DNA from: a virus
Reading direction: 5' to 3' (one strand)
Virus record (IMG/VR): IMGVR_UViG_3300045988_124082
Length of the DNA stretch: 64,000 nucleotides
The translations under genes were made by a program, and so were the position numbers. Below are positions 1 through 8,275 of the stretch, piece by piece. Positions within the stretch are counted from its first letter, which is position 1. Every line of letters begins with the position of its first letter. A model generated the notes under the pieces. It was given only the letters and a program-made list of their open reading frames with translations. It ran no database searches and was not told where the DNA came from.

Positions 1-1229
1 TCTGACTGTAAGATGTTCTTCTCAGTCATATTCTTACCTCGTAGGAAGAGCAGAGTCTTTCTGTAATCCATTCCAAGAATGTCTTTGATCTCTTTTATGG
101 TTGGCTCACAAAGCTCTCTTATTTGGTCGTCTGTAAGATAATAGCTTTGTAAGAACTGATAGTTAAGATTCCTTTCAGTATCACATTCTTGTTCGGCTGT
201 CTTGGCAAGAGCAAAGTGATAATCATACTTCTCAATGTTCTCTAAGTAGTCTTCCATAGACTCATATGCATCCCATAGCTTAAACATAGATGTTGTAAGT
301 ATCACCTGAGCGTCTCTAACGTCCCTAGGATGGCCCCAAGCATCAATAATGGTATAAGTCTTAGCTACGTCCTCTGCAAAGGCTCTAAAGTCCATACAGT
401 GAAGCATACCTTTACAGAATGGCCATCCTCTCATGTTGCCAGATGGAAGAGGAGTATCATAATCTCCATTCAGTTCACCGTTCCATTGTCTTGCAAGTTC
501 TGGAAGAACTAATCCTTCTCCATCAGATCCGTTGTGTACAAACTCTTGATCATCAAGAAGAGTTACTTCTGGCTCATCTGAGTTTGTATCATCCACATAA
601 AGAGCTTGTCCCTTAAAGATCGTCTCACAGTCTTGTACAACAATCACTCCTGATGGTGTAGTAACAACTGTAGAAGAAGAGCAGAAGAGTGCTTTGTACG
701 CTCCGAGCTTGTTTGGTATGATCGGAACTTCTTTATTTCTTCCGGCATCTACTTTCTCACAGAGAGCATCGTATACATTGTCACTGACAAAGATCACGAC
801 ACTATTCTTTAAACCTCCTGTGGTTCCTAAGAAGAGATTGTAGTGAAGATCGTTTACAATGAATCCATGCTTGCTGCAGTAGTCATAATCTTTCTTTGTG
901 TCGAAGACCACTGTGAGGTAGTCTGTTTGGAATCGACATTTGTACAGATCATTGTAGAGTAGTGAGATAAGTTCTTTGCTTCCTCTGTTGGCTGAAAGCT
1001 CTTTGATCTTCTTTCGGATTCTTTTTGCTCTTATGTCTGAATCATAGTCATGGATCAATGAGTCAATTGTTCTTAATGCTTCAGAACTTGAAAGAGTAAT
1101 AATGTCGTCTCCATTCTCCCTCGCTTCATTGAGTGGTAGAGAAAGTTTCCACTTCGCCTTTCTTAATCGGCTGCTGTGTAGTTTGTAAATATATTTCTGA
1201 CTCGTTTTTTGCTTAGAAATAATGATCAC
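1..1229 (-). CDS. Partial CDS (C-terminus lies beyond the window start); N-terminal ~409 aa of a putative eukaryotic-RdRP/YonO-like single-subunit RNA polymerase (tentative)
   Basis: My own translation shows an uninterrupted minus-strand frame from position 1 up to an AAGGAG RBS at 1229-1234. It is absent from the ORF track because there is no stop inside the window. Motifs read: LGAYKALFCSSST, NGSDGEGLVLPELA, MRGWPFCKGML, QVILTTSMFK, NLNYQFLQSY. Start codon is unclear (GTG at 1229 overlaps the RBS; ATT at 1223 or 1220 has better spacing). Confidence 0.5.
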   Translation of the reverse strand, partial: MIIISKQKTSQKYIYKLHSSRLRKAKWKLSLPLNEARENGDDIITLSSSEALRTIDSLIHDYDSDIRAKRIRKKIKELSANRGSKELISLLYNDLYKCRFQTDYLTVVFDTKKDYDYCSKHGFIVNDLHYNLFLGTTGGLKNSVVIFVSDNVYDALCEKVDAGRNKEVPIIPNKLGAYKALFCSSSTVVTTPSGVIVVQDCETIFKGQALYVDDTNSDEPEVTLLDDQEFVHNGSDGEGLVLPELARQWNGELNGDYDTPLPSGNMRGWPFCKGMLHCMDFRAFAEDVAKTYTIIDAWGHPRDVRDAQVILTTSMFKLWDAYESMEDYLENIEKYDYHFALAKTAEQECDTERNLNYQFLQSYYLTDDQIRELCEPTIKEIKDILGMDYRKTLLFLRGKNMTEKNILQS

Positions 1230-1335
1230 TCCTTTTTTGATTTTTTATGTGTTGAGTGGAGAGAAGTTTTTGTAATTTTTAGCCTCTCCAAAACTTAATC
1301 TCTTAGTATAAAAATTTCGGCGTCCATAATTTAAG

Positions 1336-1374
1336 TAATATTCTTAATGTTACTACGTAACATTAAAAATATTA
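1336..1374. promoter_or_regulatory. AT-rich imperfect palindrome between two minus-strand genes (operator or bidirectional terminator candidate)
   Basis: TAATATT-c-TTAATGTTAC-tac-GTAACATTAA-aa-AATATTA; the core 9-bp arms TAATGTTAC/GTAACATTA pair perfectly. Confidence 0.3.
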
Positions 1375-1472
1375 TTAAATCATTTATTTATTTTATAAAA
1401 CACTATTATTAAATAATATTTAATATTACTGTACCGCCCGATTTCGAAGACGGCATCGTAAGAATAGCGTAT

Positions 1473-2615
1473 TTATGCTGTTTGATACATAACAGAGGGT
1501 CTAAAACCTCTCCCAAAAAGAGGACTGATTTTACCATGTTTTTGAAGAAAAATGATAACTTTTCGAACATCTGTTTTGTACCGAACATGTTTCTTCTCAT
1601 AATACTCATGAATAAAATTCATTGATACATCACTTAACTCTTCTTCAGTCATATTAAGTCCATCGAGAAGTGGTTTACGAACCTTGTTCATATACTTTAT
1701 GGTGTAATTATTTATCAAATCATCTTTTCTACGCTGCGCAACTTTAATATACTTGTCAGTTAAATTATTCTGAACTCTTTTTTGATACATATAAAATTCA
1801 TACTCTCTTAGGTAGCTATGCTCTTGTGGGTAGAGATACTCTAAGTCGTATACAAACTTAAAGTATAAGTCTTGAAATTCAGGATATTTTTTTATCTCGT
1901 GCTTGAACTTAGAGAATACATTTGTATACATATGAGTTGAATATATGTCAACGTCAACATTCGTATGATATACAACACCTAAACAGTGTTTGTAGATTTC
2001 TTCTTCTCGAGGTGTGAATGGTCGCCATTCAGCTCCAGGATGATTTCTACAAATGATTTTCACATGTTTCTTAACTACACCTCTTTCTTGAAGAGATACA
2101 ATTGCATTCCTAAATCTTCCTTGAGCGCAATCTTTAATTGCTTCATATGCCGTATGGAAATATTCGACAGGGTATTTAAAATCGCTTAGGTCATAATCTT
2201 TTTTGTTTCCACAGATAAGTCCAAGTTTATTACACCAGTCATATTGGCTCCAGTTGTCATTAATATGATTGTCCAGAATATAGATGATCATCATTTCTAA
2301 CATGTATCCAGTACTCATGAAAGGACTTTTTAATTCCCATGAGAAGGGATTCTCAACATATTCTCCTCTTGCTTTTGTCACTTTAACTTGTCCATCTTTT
2401 TGTTTTTTTACATTTACGAAATGACTTAAATTAGCTTTATGGACTGCATAGTGACTCTTTCTGCCTTCCTTGTCGATTCCAACTAATTGAAGAATGTCAG
2501 AGTATTTGCTGTACTTGTGTCCTTCTTTCAGATTGGATAAATCGAAAAGATGTTGTCTCTCTTTCATGAACCAGAACTGTTCGTTTAGATATTCGTTTCT
2601 TTCTTGTAATGTCAT
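1473..2615 (-). CDS. Hypothetical protein (~380 aa)
   Basis: Track ORF 1473..2687. I start it at the internal ATG (MTLQERNEYL...), which is preceded by AAAGGAGG plus 8 nt. The longer N-terminus has no RBS and overlaps a repeat. Confidence 0.7.
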   Translation of the reverse strand: MTLQERNEYLNEQFWFMKERQHLFDLSNLKEGHKYSKYSDILQLVGIDKEGRKSHYAVHKANLSHFVNVKKQKDGQVKVTKARGEYVENPFSWELKSPFMSTGYMLEMMIIYILDNHINDNWSQYDWCNKLGLICGNKKDYDLSDFKYPVEYFHTAYEAIKDCAQGRFRNAIVSLQERGVVKKHVKIICRNHPGAEWRPFTPREEEIYKHCLGVVYHTNVDVDIYSTHMYTNVFSKFKHEIKKYPEFQDLYFKFVYDLEYLYPQEHSYLREYEFYMYQKRVQNNLTDKYIKVAQRRKDDLINNYTIKYMNKVRKPLLDGLNMTEEELSDVSMNFIHEYYEKKHVRYKTDVRKVIIFLQKHGKISPLFGRGFRPSVMYQTA

Positions 2616-2675
2616 TTTTTTGACCTCCTTTTCGTTGTTTGTTGTTGTTAATTTAATGAAAAAATGCATTTGTCT

Positions 2676-2781
2676 GAGTAATGACACTTTTCTTTCGATG
2701 AATTCACATTACCACAGATGTATGACAAAATCAATAGTTTTTTGAAGAAAAAAATAAAATTGTGAGAGTAATGACACTTTT
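2676..2781. repeat. Two exact 16-nt direct repeats GAGTAATGACACTTTT (2676-2691, 2766-2781)
   Basis: Read directly. They are spaced 90 nt apart, just upstream of the minus-strand gene start, so they may be operator or promoter elements. Confidence 0.6.
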
Positions 2782-2828
2782 TATTTCATTTAAGTACGTT
2801 TAAGGAGGCTTAGACTGGGATTTTTATG

Positions 2829-3024
2829 TCAAGTGTTTTTTGAAAATTTCTTAAAATGGTGCTTTCTTTGGCTGTTTTACTGGGGTTGTTCTGGATTTTT
2901 CTTTGATTTGTTGTACTTAGATGGGTAGGAATATGGCCGTTTTATGCGATTGTACAAAAATAAAATAAATTAATTTTTTATATGCTAAAGTATTGACTTT
3001 TGAAAAATCAAGTGTTTTTTGAAA
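2829..3024. repeat. Two exact 17-nt direct repeats TCAAGTGTTTTTTGAAA (2829-2845, 3008-3024)
   Basis: Read directly in the ORF-free divergent region. The second copy sits 8 nt after a TTGACT -35-like hexamer at 2994. Confidence 0.6.
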
Positions 3025-3039
3025 GAAATTTAAAAAAAT

Positions 3040-3300
3040 TTTTACCATGTGGAATTCTCAGAGAAGGGGTTTGCATTTATATAAGAAGAGCTTGGTTTTT
3101 GAAAAAATTTCAGAGAGATGGGTTTGCGGCAGAACAGGTGTTCTATATTTTAGAGTGTGCTGAGGGGTGTGTTTCTGGGGAAAGTTTTTATGAGGGGGGA
3201 GGAGTGTATGTGGGGTGTTTGGAAAGAAATATGGGGGATGTTTTTAGGGGGTTTTGAGGGGTTAAATGGCGTAGATGTGGGGTGGAGAAACGTCTGGCTG
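3040..3300 (+). other. C-depleted G/T-rich tract with about 10 runs of G3-G6 (G-quadruplex candidate)
   Basis: GGGG, GGGGGG and GGGGG runs at about 3066, 3164, 3176, 3194, 3212, 3233, 3246, 3258 and 3280. There are almost no C residues on the plus strand. The track ORFs here (3000..3257, 3157..3354) are low-complexity artefacts. Confidence 0.5.
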
Positions 3301-3544
3301 AACTTGTGGTATAGAATTACCAGCTATACAAATATCAGCAAAACTGCGATTTAAAAATAGTTTTAAGTAGCCCCATAAACACTTGTAAAAGTCCGTAAAT
3401 AACTATTTACTTGCGTTTTTGATCAGAAATAGATAGTCAAAAAAGCACGTATTTATGCGGGTTTGAGACCGTTTGAAAAGATTTTTAAAAATAATTTTTT
3501 TAGGGTATTGCAATATTTTCGTGGGCGTGGTCTTATACAGTTGT

Positions 3545-4440
3545 TCAAACGAACAGGGAACTTGATAAAGCAACAACCGGCAAGGGTTGTAAAACGTGCT
3601 TGCCAATGATTCAACATAAAAAGGGGGTAGCCCTACCCCTGTATAAAAATCGGGCGTGTACCTTGATAATTTCATAGCCTAAGGACTCTCGTTTTTCGGG
3701 AAGTCCGTTACTGTTCGACAAGTCTCCGAACAGGTTCAAAAAATCAGTTTCTTTGGAAACTGAACGACAGGCTAAAACTCTGCCCTGTTACTCATTCGTG
3801 ACAGGCAGACAAGTAAACCTTTGACTTATTGCCTGTACCCAACGTCACACGAACGTGGTACAGGATTTATAAGAAGTCGTTGCAAGTCCAAAGAAGTGTA
3901 GCAGATTTTTTGAATCGGTTCGCAAAAATACAGGTAGTGACAGCCTGTAGACAAACTACCGAACGGTTGAAAGGTTTCCTAAGCGATATATTTTATATTG
4001 CTTAGTATAGTCGATATGACAGGGTGTCAAACATTGACGGTTGACCCGAAACACGTCCATATACTATAAGTCCCTGTGGGGGTGGGGTCCTGTCTTTCAA
4101 GTGTTTGAAAAGCGTTGTTGTTGACACTATAACAGAGTACCGCCCACGGTAGAAAGTTCTAACAGGCACGACAACGGCTCTCATTCGAGCTGGGTATATT
4201 GTGCATTGAATACTACTACTTATCTAGTTCAACGGTAGGAGACTAGACTCTGTGAAATAATAGGCTATGACAGGTGCAACCCCTGTATAGTATCGAGTGA
4301 GTGCATGAACACTTGCGAGCGGTCAAAAGTCCCTTTAGGGATAATATTAGAACTCTGTGAGTTCATTAGAATACATCTAACAGGTGTGGTCTAATGAGTT
4401 CATAGGAACTCAATGCAACAAATACATATTTTTTAGGGTA
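3545..4440 (+). ncRNA. Candidate large structured ncRNA (class unknown); boundaries approximate
   Basis: About 0.9 kb with no credible ORF and visibly higher GC than its flanks. Dense local hairpins at 3711-3733, 3745-3762, 3780-3808, 3832-3864, 3930-3948 and 3979-4005. G-U-compatible mismatches favour the plus strand. A possible TTGCAA -35 lies at 3507. Confidence 0.4.
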
Positions 4441-4467
4441 CGACTGTATCCGGAATAGGAGTTTATC

Positions 4468-5445
4468 ATGAGTAGAAAATCAACAAAAACAACAACAGTA
4501 GCAAACATTACACTACCAGTCCGTAAAATGGACTTCACAGAAGCAACTAAAGAATTCCGTACTCTTTGTCGCAATTTCTATACAGATTTTGAGAAAGTCG
4601 CAGAGAACAGGGAAGCTCTACGAGCAGAGAAAACAGAGTGTGAAGAACACTTTGACACTCGAGTAAACAATGCTTTTGACGTATCCGAACCTGTGGATAC
4701 AGACAAAGAATTACCAACGGAGTATGCAGACCTTAGGAATATTCTAGAAAAATATTCCGTAATACAGGCTACAGGTCTGCTTTCTAAGGAAGATAATGAC
4801 TATCTTTCTGCACTTTGCGATAAGTGGAAAAAAGCTGACGCAAAGATTAGAAACTTAAAAAATCCAGTGCCTGAGAAGTCTCTAGTTGTAGATGCAATCT
4901 ATGACCTATACAAGGGATGCTCTACAGATATGAGTGAAAACCGTGACGGCTACGCTCGTAAAGTCAAGGGGTTCTTTGAATCTAAAGGCATGACACTAAC
5001 TTCTTATGGTTGGGATGTGTTCAATGCTTCCATTGGGTTCAATGTGAATAATGACAAAAACTTCTTAGAGACAGGTAAGTTCTTCAACCCTATTAAAAAG
5101 AGCAAGTTTGTAGAAAGATTCTATATGTTCTTCTGTGAGGGGTTTGTAAGTGCAGATTGCTTCCCTAAGACTAAGAAAGCACGTCATGTAGATGCAGAAG
5201 AACAGGCACCAGTGGCACCTCAGAAAGTTGAAACACCTGAGGAAGTACATGAAAAGTGTGCAGACGCTCGTGCTGAAATCTCAGCTCAGAAACTGGGTAC
5301 AACTGAGTCCAAACCAATGGACAAAATGACAGTGGCAGAGTTACGTACTTTCATTAAGAAACATGATACAACTGCCAAAGTATCTAAGTTGAAAAAAGCT
5401 GACTTAGTAGCTATGGCTACAAAGTTCACAAATGTAGCAGCTTAA
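4468..5445 (+). CDS. Hypothetical protein with a C-terminal SAP/HeH (Rho-N-like) DNA-binding motif
   Basis: RBS GGAATAGGAG. C-terminus MTVAELRTFIKKHDTTAKVSKLKKADLVAMA matches the helix-extension-helix pattern. Confidence 0.7.
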   Translation: MSRKSTKTTTVANITLPVRKMDFTEATKEFRTLCRNFYTDFEKVAENREALRAEKTECEEHFDTRVNNAFDVSEPVDTDKELPTEYADLRNILEKYSVIQATGLLSKEDNDYLSALCDKWKKADAKIRNLKNPVPEKSLVVDAIYDLYKGCSTDMSENRDGYARKVKGFFESKGMTLTSYGWDVFNASIGFNVNNDKNFLETGKFFNPIKKSKFVERFYMFFCEGFVSADCFPKTKKARHVDAEEQAPVAPQKVETPEEVHEKCADARAEISAQKLGTTESKPMDKMTVAELRTFIKKHDTTAKVSKLKKADLVAMATKFTNVAA

Positions 5446-5457
5446 TCTTACACAAAT

Positions 5458-5478
5458 AAATACCCATAGTGGGTATTT
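5458..5478 (+). terminator. Hairpin downstream of 4468..5445 (weak terminator; short T run)
   Basis: AAATACCC-atagt-GGGTATTT. Confidence 0.4.
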
Positions 5479-5484
5479 GTATAA

Positions 5485-5555
5485 GCCTGAGTGGGTACTC
5501 ACTTCCAACACCTCCAGAGTGAGTACGTCACAGGGTTCAACTCCCTGTACAGGCT
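5485..5555 (+). ncRNA. 71-nt tRNA-like element (acceptor-like stem plus canonical T arm, no D arm or anticodon loop)
   Basis: GCCTGAG pairs with TACAGGC (one A-A mismatch). An 8-bp hairpin spans 5495-5502/5519-5526 and is followed by a 4-nt linker. The T arm is CAGGG-TTCAACT-CCCTG (5531-5547). Confidence 0.35.
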
Positions 5556-5607
5556 ATAACTATCAATTTTTGAATTCCTAGTGACTGCTAGGAGAAAGGG
5601 GTATACC

Positions 5608-5904
5608 ATGATGTATACAAACAATTCAACAAATGACACGATGCACGAAAACTACGTCAACAGCTTACAGGCAGACATTGACAAGCTCAAAGTAACTCTG
5701 TCAACAACAACAGACCCAGATAAGAAATCTTGGTGTGAAGATTATATCAAAGCACTAGAAGAAGAGAAACAGGAATGTAAATACGAAACCTGTGCACTCT
5801 GTGGTGGAATCTGTGACCGTTGTTACTACACAGAAGCCTGTGAACGCTACAACGGAACAGGAACGGAAACACCTGTAGTCCGTAATGGGTTAGTAATTGG
5901 ATAA
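5608..5904 (+). CDS. Small Cys-rich hypothetical protein
   Basis: Started at ATG 5608 behind AGGAGAAAGGGG. Contains CALCGGICDRCYYTEAC. Confidence 0.65.
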   Translation: MMYTNNSTNDTMHENYVNSLQADIDKLKVTLSTTTDPDKKSWCEDYIKALEEEKQECKYETCALCGGICDRCYYTEACERYNGTGTETPVVRNGLVIG

Positions 5905-5916
5905 GGGGGTATAACC

Positions 5917-6234
5917 ATGAGGGATATAACCATGAGTAAGAAAATTAAAGTAGCTGTCTGCAAAGGCAGACACGAAATCCCACAGGCTACAGATGGGGCA
6001 ATCTTTGGAAACACAATAAAGGAAATGGATCCATTTAGCCTGTTATTAGAAGCATCAAAGAGATTGTTCTCTGACTTTGCTTTACGTAGTGGAGATAGAG
6101 TAGACCTGTATGTAACAGGTCTAACAATGGCGACTCTAGCCATAGTAAATGCTTGTCTTTCGACAGGCATAAGGATTGTATGCTATCACTATGATAGAGA
6201 AACAGGGAAATATATCCCACAGCCTATGCTGTAA
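5917..6234 (+). CDS. Hypothetical protein
   Basis: ORF with AAGGGGG RBS 7 nt upstream. Confidence 0.65.
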   Translation: MRDITMSKKIKVAVCKGRHEIPQATDGAIFGNTIKEMDPFSLLLEASKRLFSDFALRSGDRVDLYVTGLTMATLAIVNACLSTGIRIVCYHYDRETGKYIPQPML

Positions 6235-6256
6235 GACAAACTAAAACAGAAACCAA

Positions 6257-6292
6257 AAAAGCACGGAGAATAAAATAATTCCGTGCTTTTTT
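6257..6292 (+). terminator. Rho-independent terminator
   Basis: GCACGGA...TCCGTGC followed by T6. Confidence 0.75.
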
Positions 6293-6318
6293 CTATGTCT
6301 AAAGAAAGGAAATGAAAC

Positions 6319-6600
6319 ATGAATTTAAAAAGTACAATTTTATTAATTATTGGGGTCGTTATGATGATATGGGGGACGTTGGCAACAATGCAGAATATTA
6401 CTGACGCTCTCAGCACACGCACCACAATAGGCACATACAACAACGGAACCATCACGACCAAAGATGGAAACGTATGGAAAGTGTCTAATCACAACGGAAT
6501 CAGCACAAACAAATCTGTCAAAGTATCTGTCAAGTTTGATACAAAAGGAACTGACAGCGTACTTGATGACGAAATTGTAGAAATCACAGAAGCCAACTAA
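6319..6600 (+). CDS. Small membrane protein
   Basis: Hydrophobic N-terminal helix ILLIIGVVMMIWGTLA; RBS AAAGGAAATGAAAC. Confidence 0.65.
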   Translation: MNLKSTILLIIGVVMMIWGTLATMQNITDALSTRTTIGTYNNGTITTKDGNVWKVSNHNGISTNKSVKVSVKFDTKGTDSVLDDEIVEITEAN

Positions 6601-6617
6601 GAAAGGAAATAGGAATC

Positions 6618-7115
6618 ATGATAAAAATAACTGAAAATCTAGACAAGGCAAAGTTTGAAATGTTAAAAGCACACGTTGTAAATGTACTTTCAGCCCCAGA
6701 AAAATGGGTAGCAACAAAAGACCGGTCTAGAATGGTTACACACTGGGGTCGCAAGTGGGAGTTTGAATGTGAGTCAGATACAGAATGTTTTACAACGGAA
6801 AGTATCTTTGATGCTGTAGATTGGCTGTACGCAGAGCAAGACCCATACAAGGAAGAAAGCAAACCAGAACTAGAAGTGAAATTCTCAGCAGAAGTGAGTG
6901 TACAGGTTACAGATGAGTACATTGAGAAAGCGAAAAGAGGAGCCAAAAGAGAAATCTTGGAACATTTACAGGCTCATTTAGATGTAATGGCACAGCAGTC
7001 TTGGGAGCTTTACATAGACGAAGGTGTAGAACAAGGGAATGATATGCACTTAGGAGAGCAGAGAGCCTTTGCAATGACGCTCGCACAGGTAAACACAATT
7101 CTTAAAAACTTATAG
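6618..7115 (+). CDS. Hypothetical protein
   Basis: ORF with RBS GAAAGGAAATAGG. Confidence 0.65.
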   Translation: MIKITENLDKAKFEMLKAHVVNVLSAPEKWVATKDRSRMVTHWGRKWEFECESDTECFTTESIFDAVDWLYAEQDPYKEESKPELEVKFSAEVSVQVTDEYIEKAKRGAKREILEHLQAHLDVMAQQSWELYIDEGVEQGNDMHLGEQRAFAMTLAQVNTILKNL

Positions 7116-7132
7116 GAAAGGAAACTAAAACC

Positions 7133-7564
7133 ATGAGAACAAAAAGAGAATTAATGACAGAAATCTTAGAAACAGCTGTAATCGAATCTGTAAAATCAGA
7201 TTGTGAAGTTGTCCATTACGATGTAGAAGTACACGGGGAGATGCACAGATTACAAGTAATTACAGGTCAATTTTTTGTTGAGTTTCATCATCTGGAAGAT
7301 GGAGAATATAACTACAATTGTCCACACTTAGTCTATACTTTCGATCCATGGGAAATCGAAGAAGCGTTGGATACTTTCTTTATGATGGATGGAGAAACAG
7401 GAGAACTTCATGTTGACGAAAGCAAAATCGAACTTGGTATTGACTCTGATTTTACACCAGAAGCGAAACCAGAAATCACACGAGAAAATATTGAGGAAGC
7501 CTATAGTCATGCAACACAGTTAGCTTTCTTGCTTAAGGAAATTTACTTCGGAAACACTAATTAA
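7133..7564 (+). CDS. Hypothetical acidic protein
   Basis: ORF with RBS AGGAAAGGAAAC. Confidence 0.65.
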   Translation: MRTKRELMTEILETAVIESVKSDCEVVHYDVEVHGEMHRLQVITGQFFVEFHHLEDGEYNYNCPHLVYTFDPWEIEEALDTFFMMDGETGELHVDESKIELGIDSDFTPEAKPEITRENIEEAYSHATQLAFLLKEIYFGNTN

Positions 7565-7634
7565 TCAATACATAGAGGGGTAGTGATTTGATATATATCT
7601 AGTACAAATTATATATATTTGTAGCTAGAAAATC

Positions 7635-7675
7635 AGCCTTAGATAGCCAGTAAAGGAAATCTAAGGCTTTTTTTG
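7635..7675 (+). terminator. Rho-independent terminator
   Basis: AGCCTTAGAT...ATCTAAGGCT followed by T7. Confidence 0.8.
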
Positions 7676-7726
7676 TATCTATAAATATATTAATTCTTGT
7701 GGATGCACAAGAGAAAGGAAGAGCCT

Positions 7727-7999
7727 ATGGGATTAACAAAAAAAGAAATCTGTGAACGCTCAGAAACCATTGCATATTACAGTGGTTTATGTGGCGTAGA
7801 AGTGAAACAAATTACTTATGGAATTGAAGACTACATGTACTGTGAGTCTGGAGCTTGGGGTGGTGGTAAGAGCTATCACAAACTGAAAATCCAGACAGAC
7901 ATCAAAGGAAATATGTTCGTTAAATTACACGGGTATAGACTATTCTTAGATGAATTCATTCGTACAGGAAAGGAACAGACAAAGCTATGGGAACAATAA
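7727..7999 (+). CDS. Hypothetical protein
   Basis: Internal ATG behind GAGAAAGGAAGAG is preferred over the TTG/ATG at 7697. Confidence 0.6.
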   Translation: MGLTKKEICERSETIAYYSGLCGVEVKQITYGIEDYMYCESGAWGGGKSYHKLKIQTDIKGNMFVKLHGYRLFLDEFIRTGKEQTKLWEQ

Positions 8000-8274
8000 C
8001 ATCTTTAACATTGTTTGAACAACAATGTATGGAACAAAAGATATTCAAACTGAAAACACTAAAAGATTTTGGTCATGCAACTTACAAAGGATTTACACTT
8101 CGCAATGGTTATAGATACGGAATCACAGAGGAAGACGGAATCCATGTTGCGACTTCAAACTGGCAGCAAGGGAATTTCATTTACATGTACTTCTACAATG
8201 AATTAACAAACCAGTGGGAAGGATTGTGGATTGACTTAGAAGACGTAGAAATTGTGGAAGAGAAAGGAAATTAA
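7987..8274 (+). CDS. Hypothetical protein
   Basis: ORF overlapping the previous stop. Confidence 0.6.
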   Translation: MGTITSLTLFEQQCMEQKIFKLKTLKDFGHATYKGFTLRNGYRYGITEEDGIHVATSNWQQGNFIYMYFYNELTNQWEGLWIDLEDVEIVEEKGN

Positions 8275-8275
8275 G

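Noticed and set aside
3000-3675. Track ORFs 3000..3257, 3157..3354 and 3403..3675(-) as genes
   Set aside because: The first two translate the G-run tract into low-complexity G/V/W-rich peptides, with TTG starts or no RBS. The third is antisense to the candidate promoter and ncRNA region and has no RBS.
5485-5555. Genuine tRNA gene
   Set aside because: There is no D arm and no 7-nt anticodon loop. The central hairpin has an 8-9-bp stem with a 12-16-nt loop. It is kept only as a tRNA-like element.
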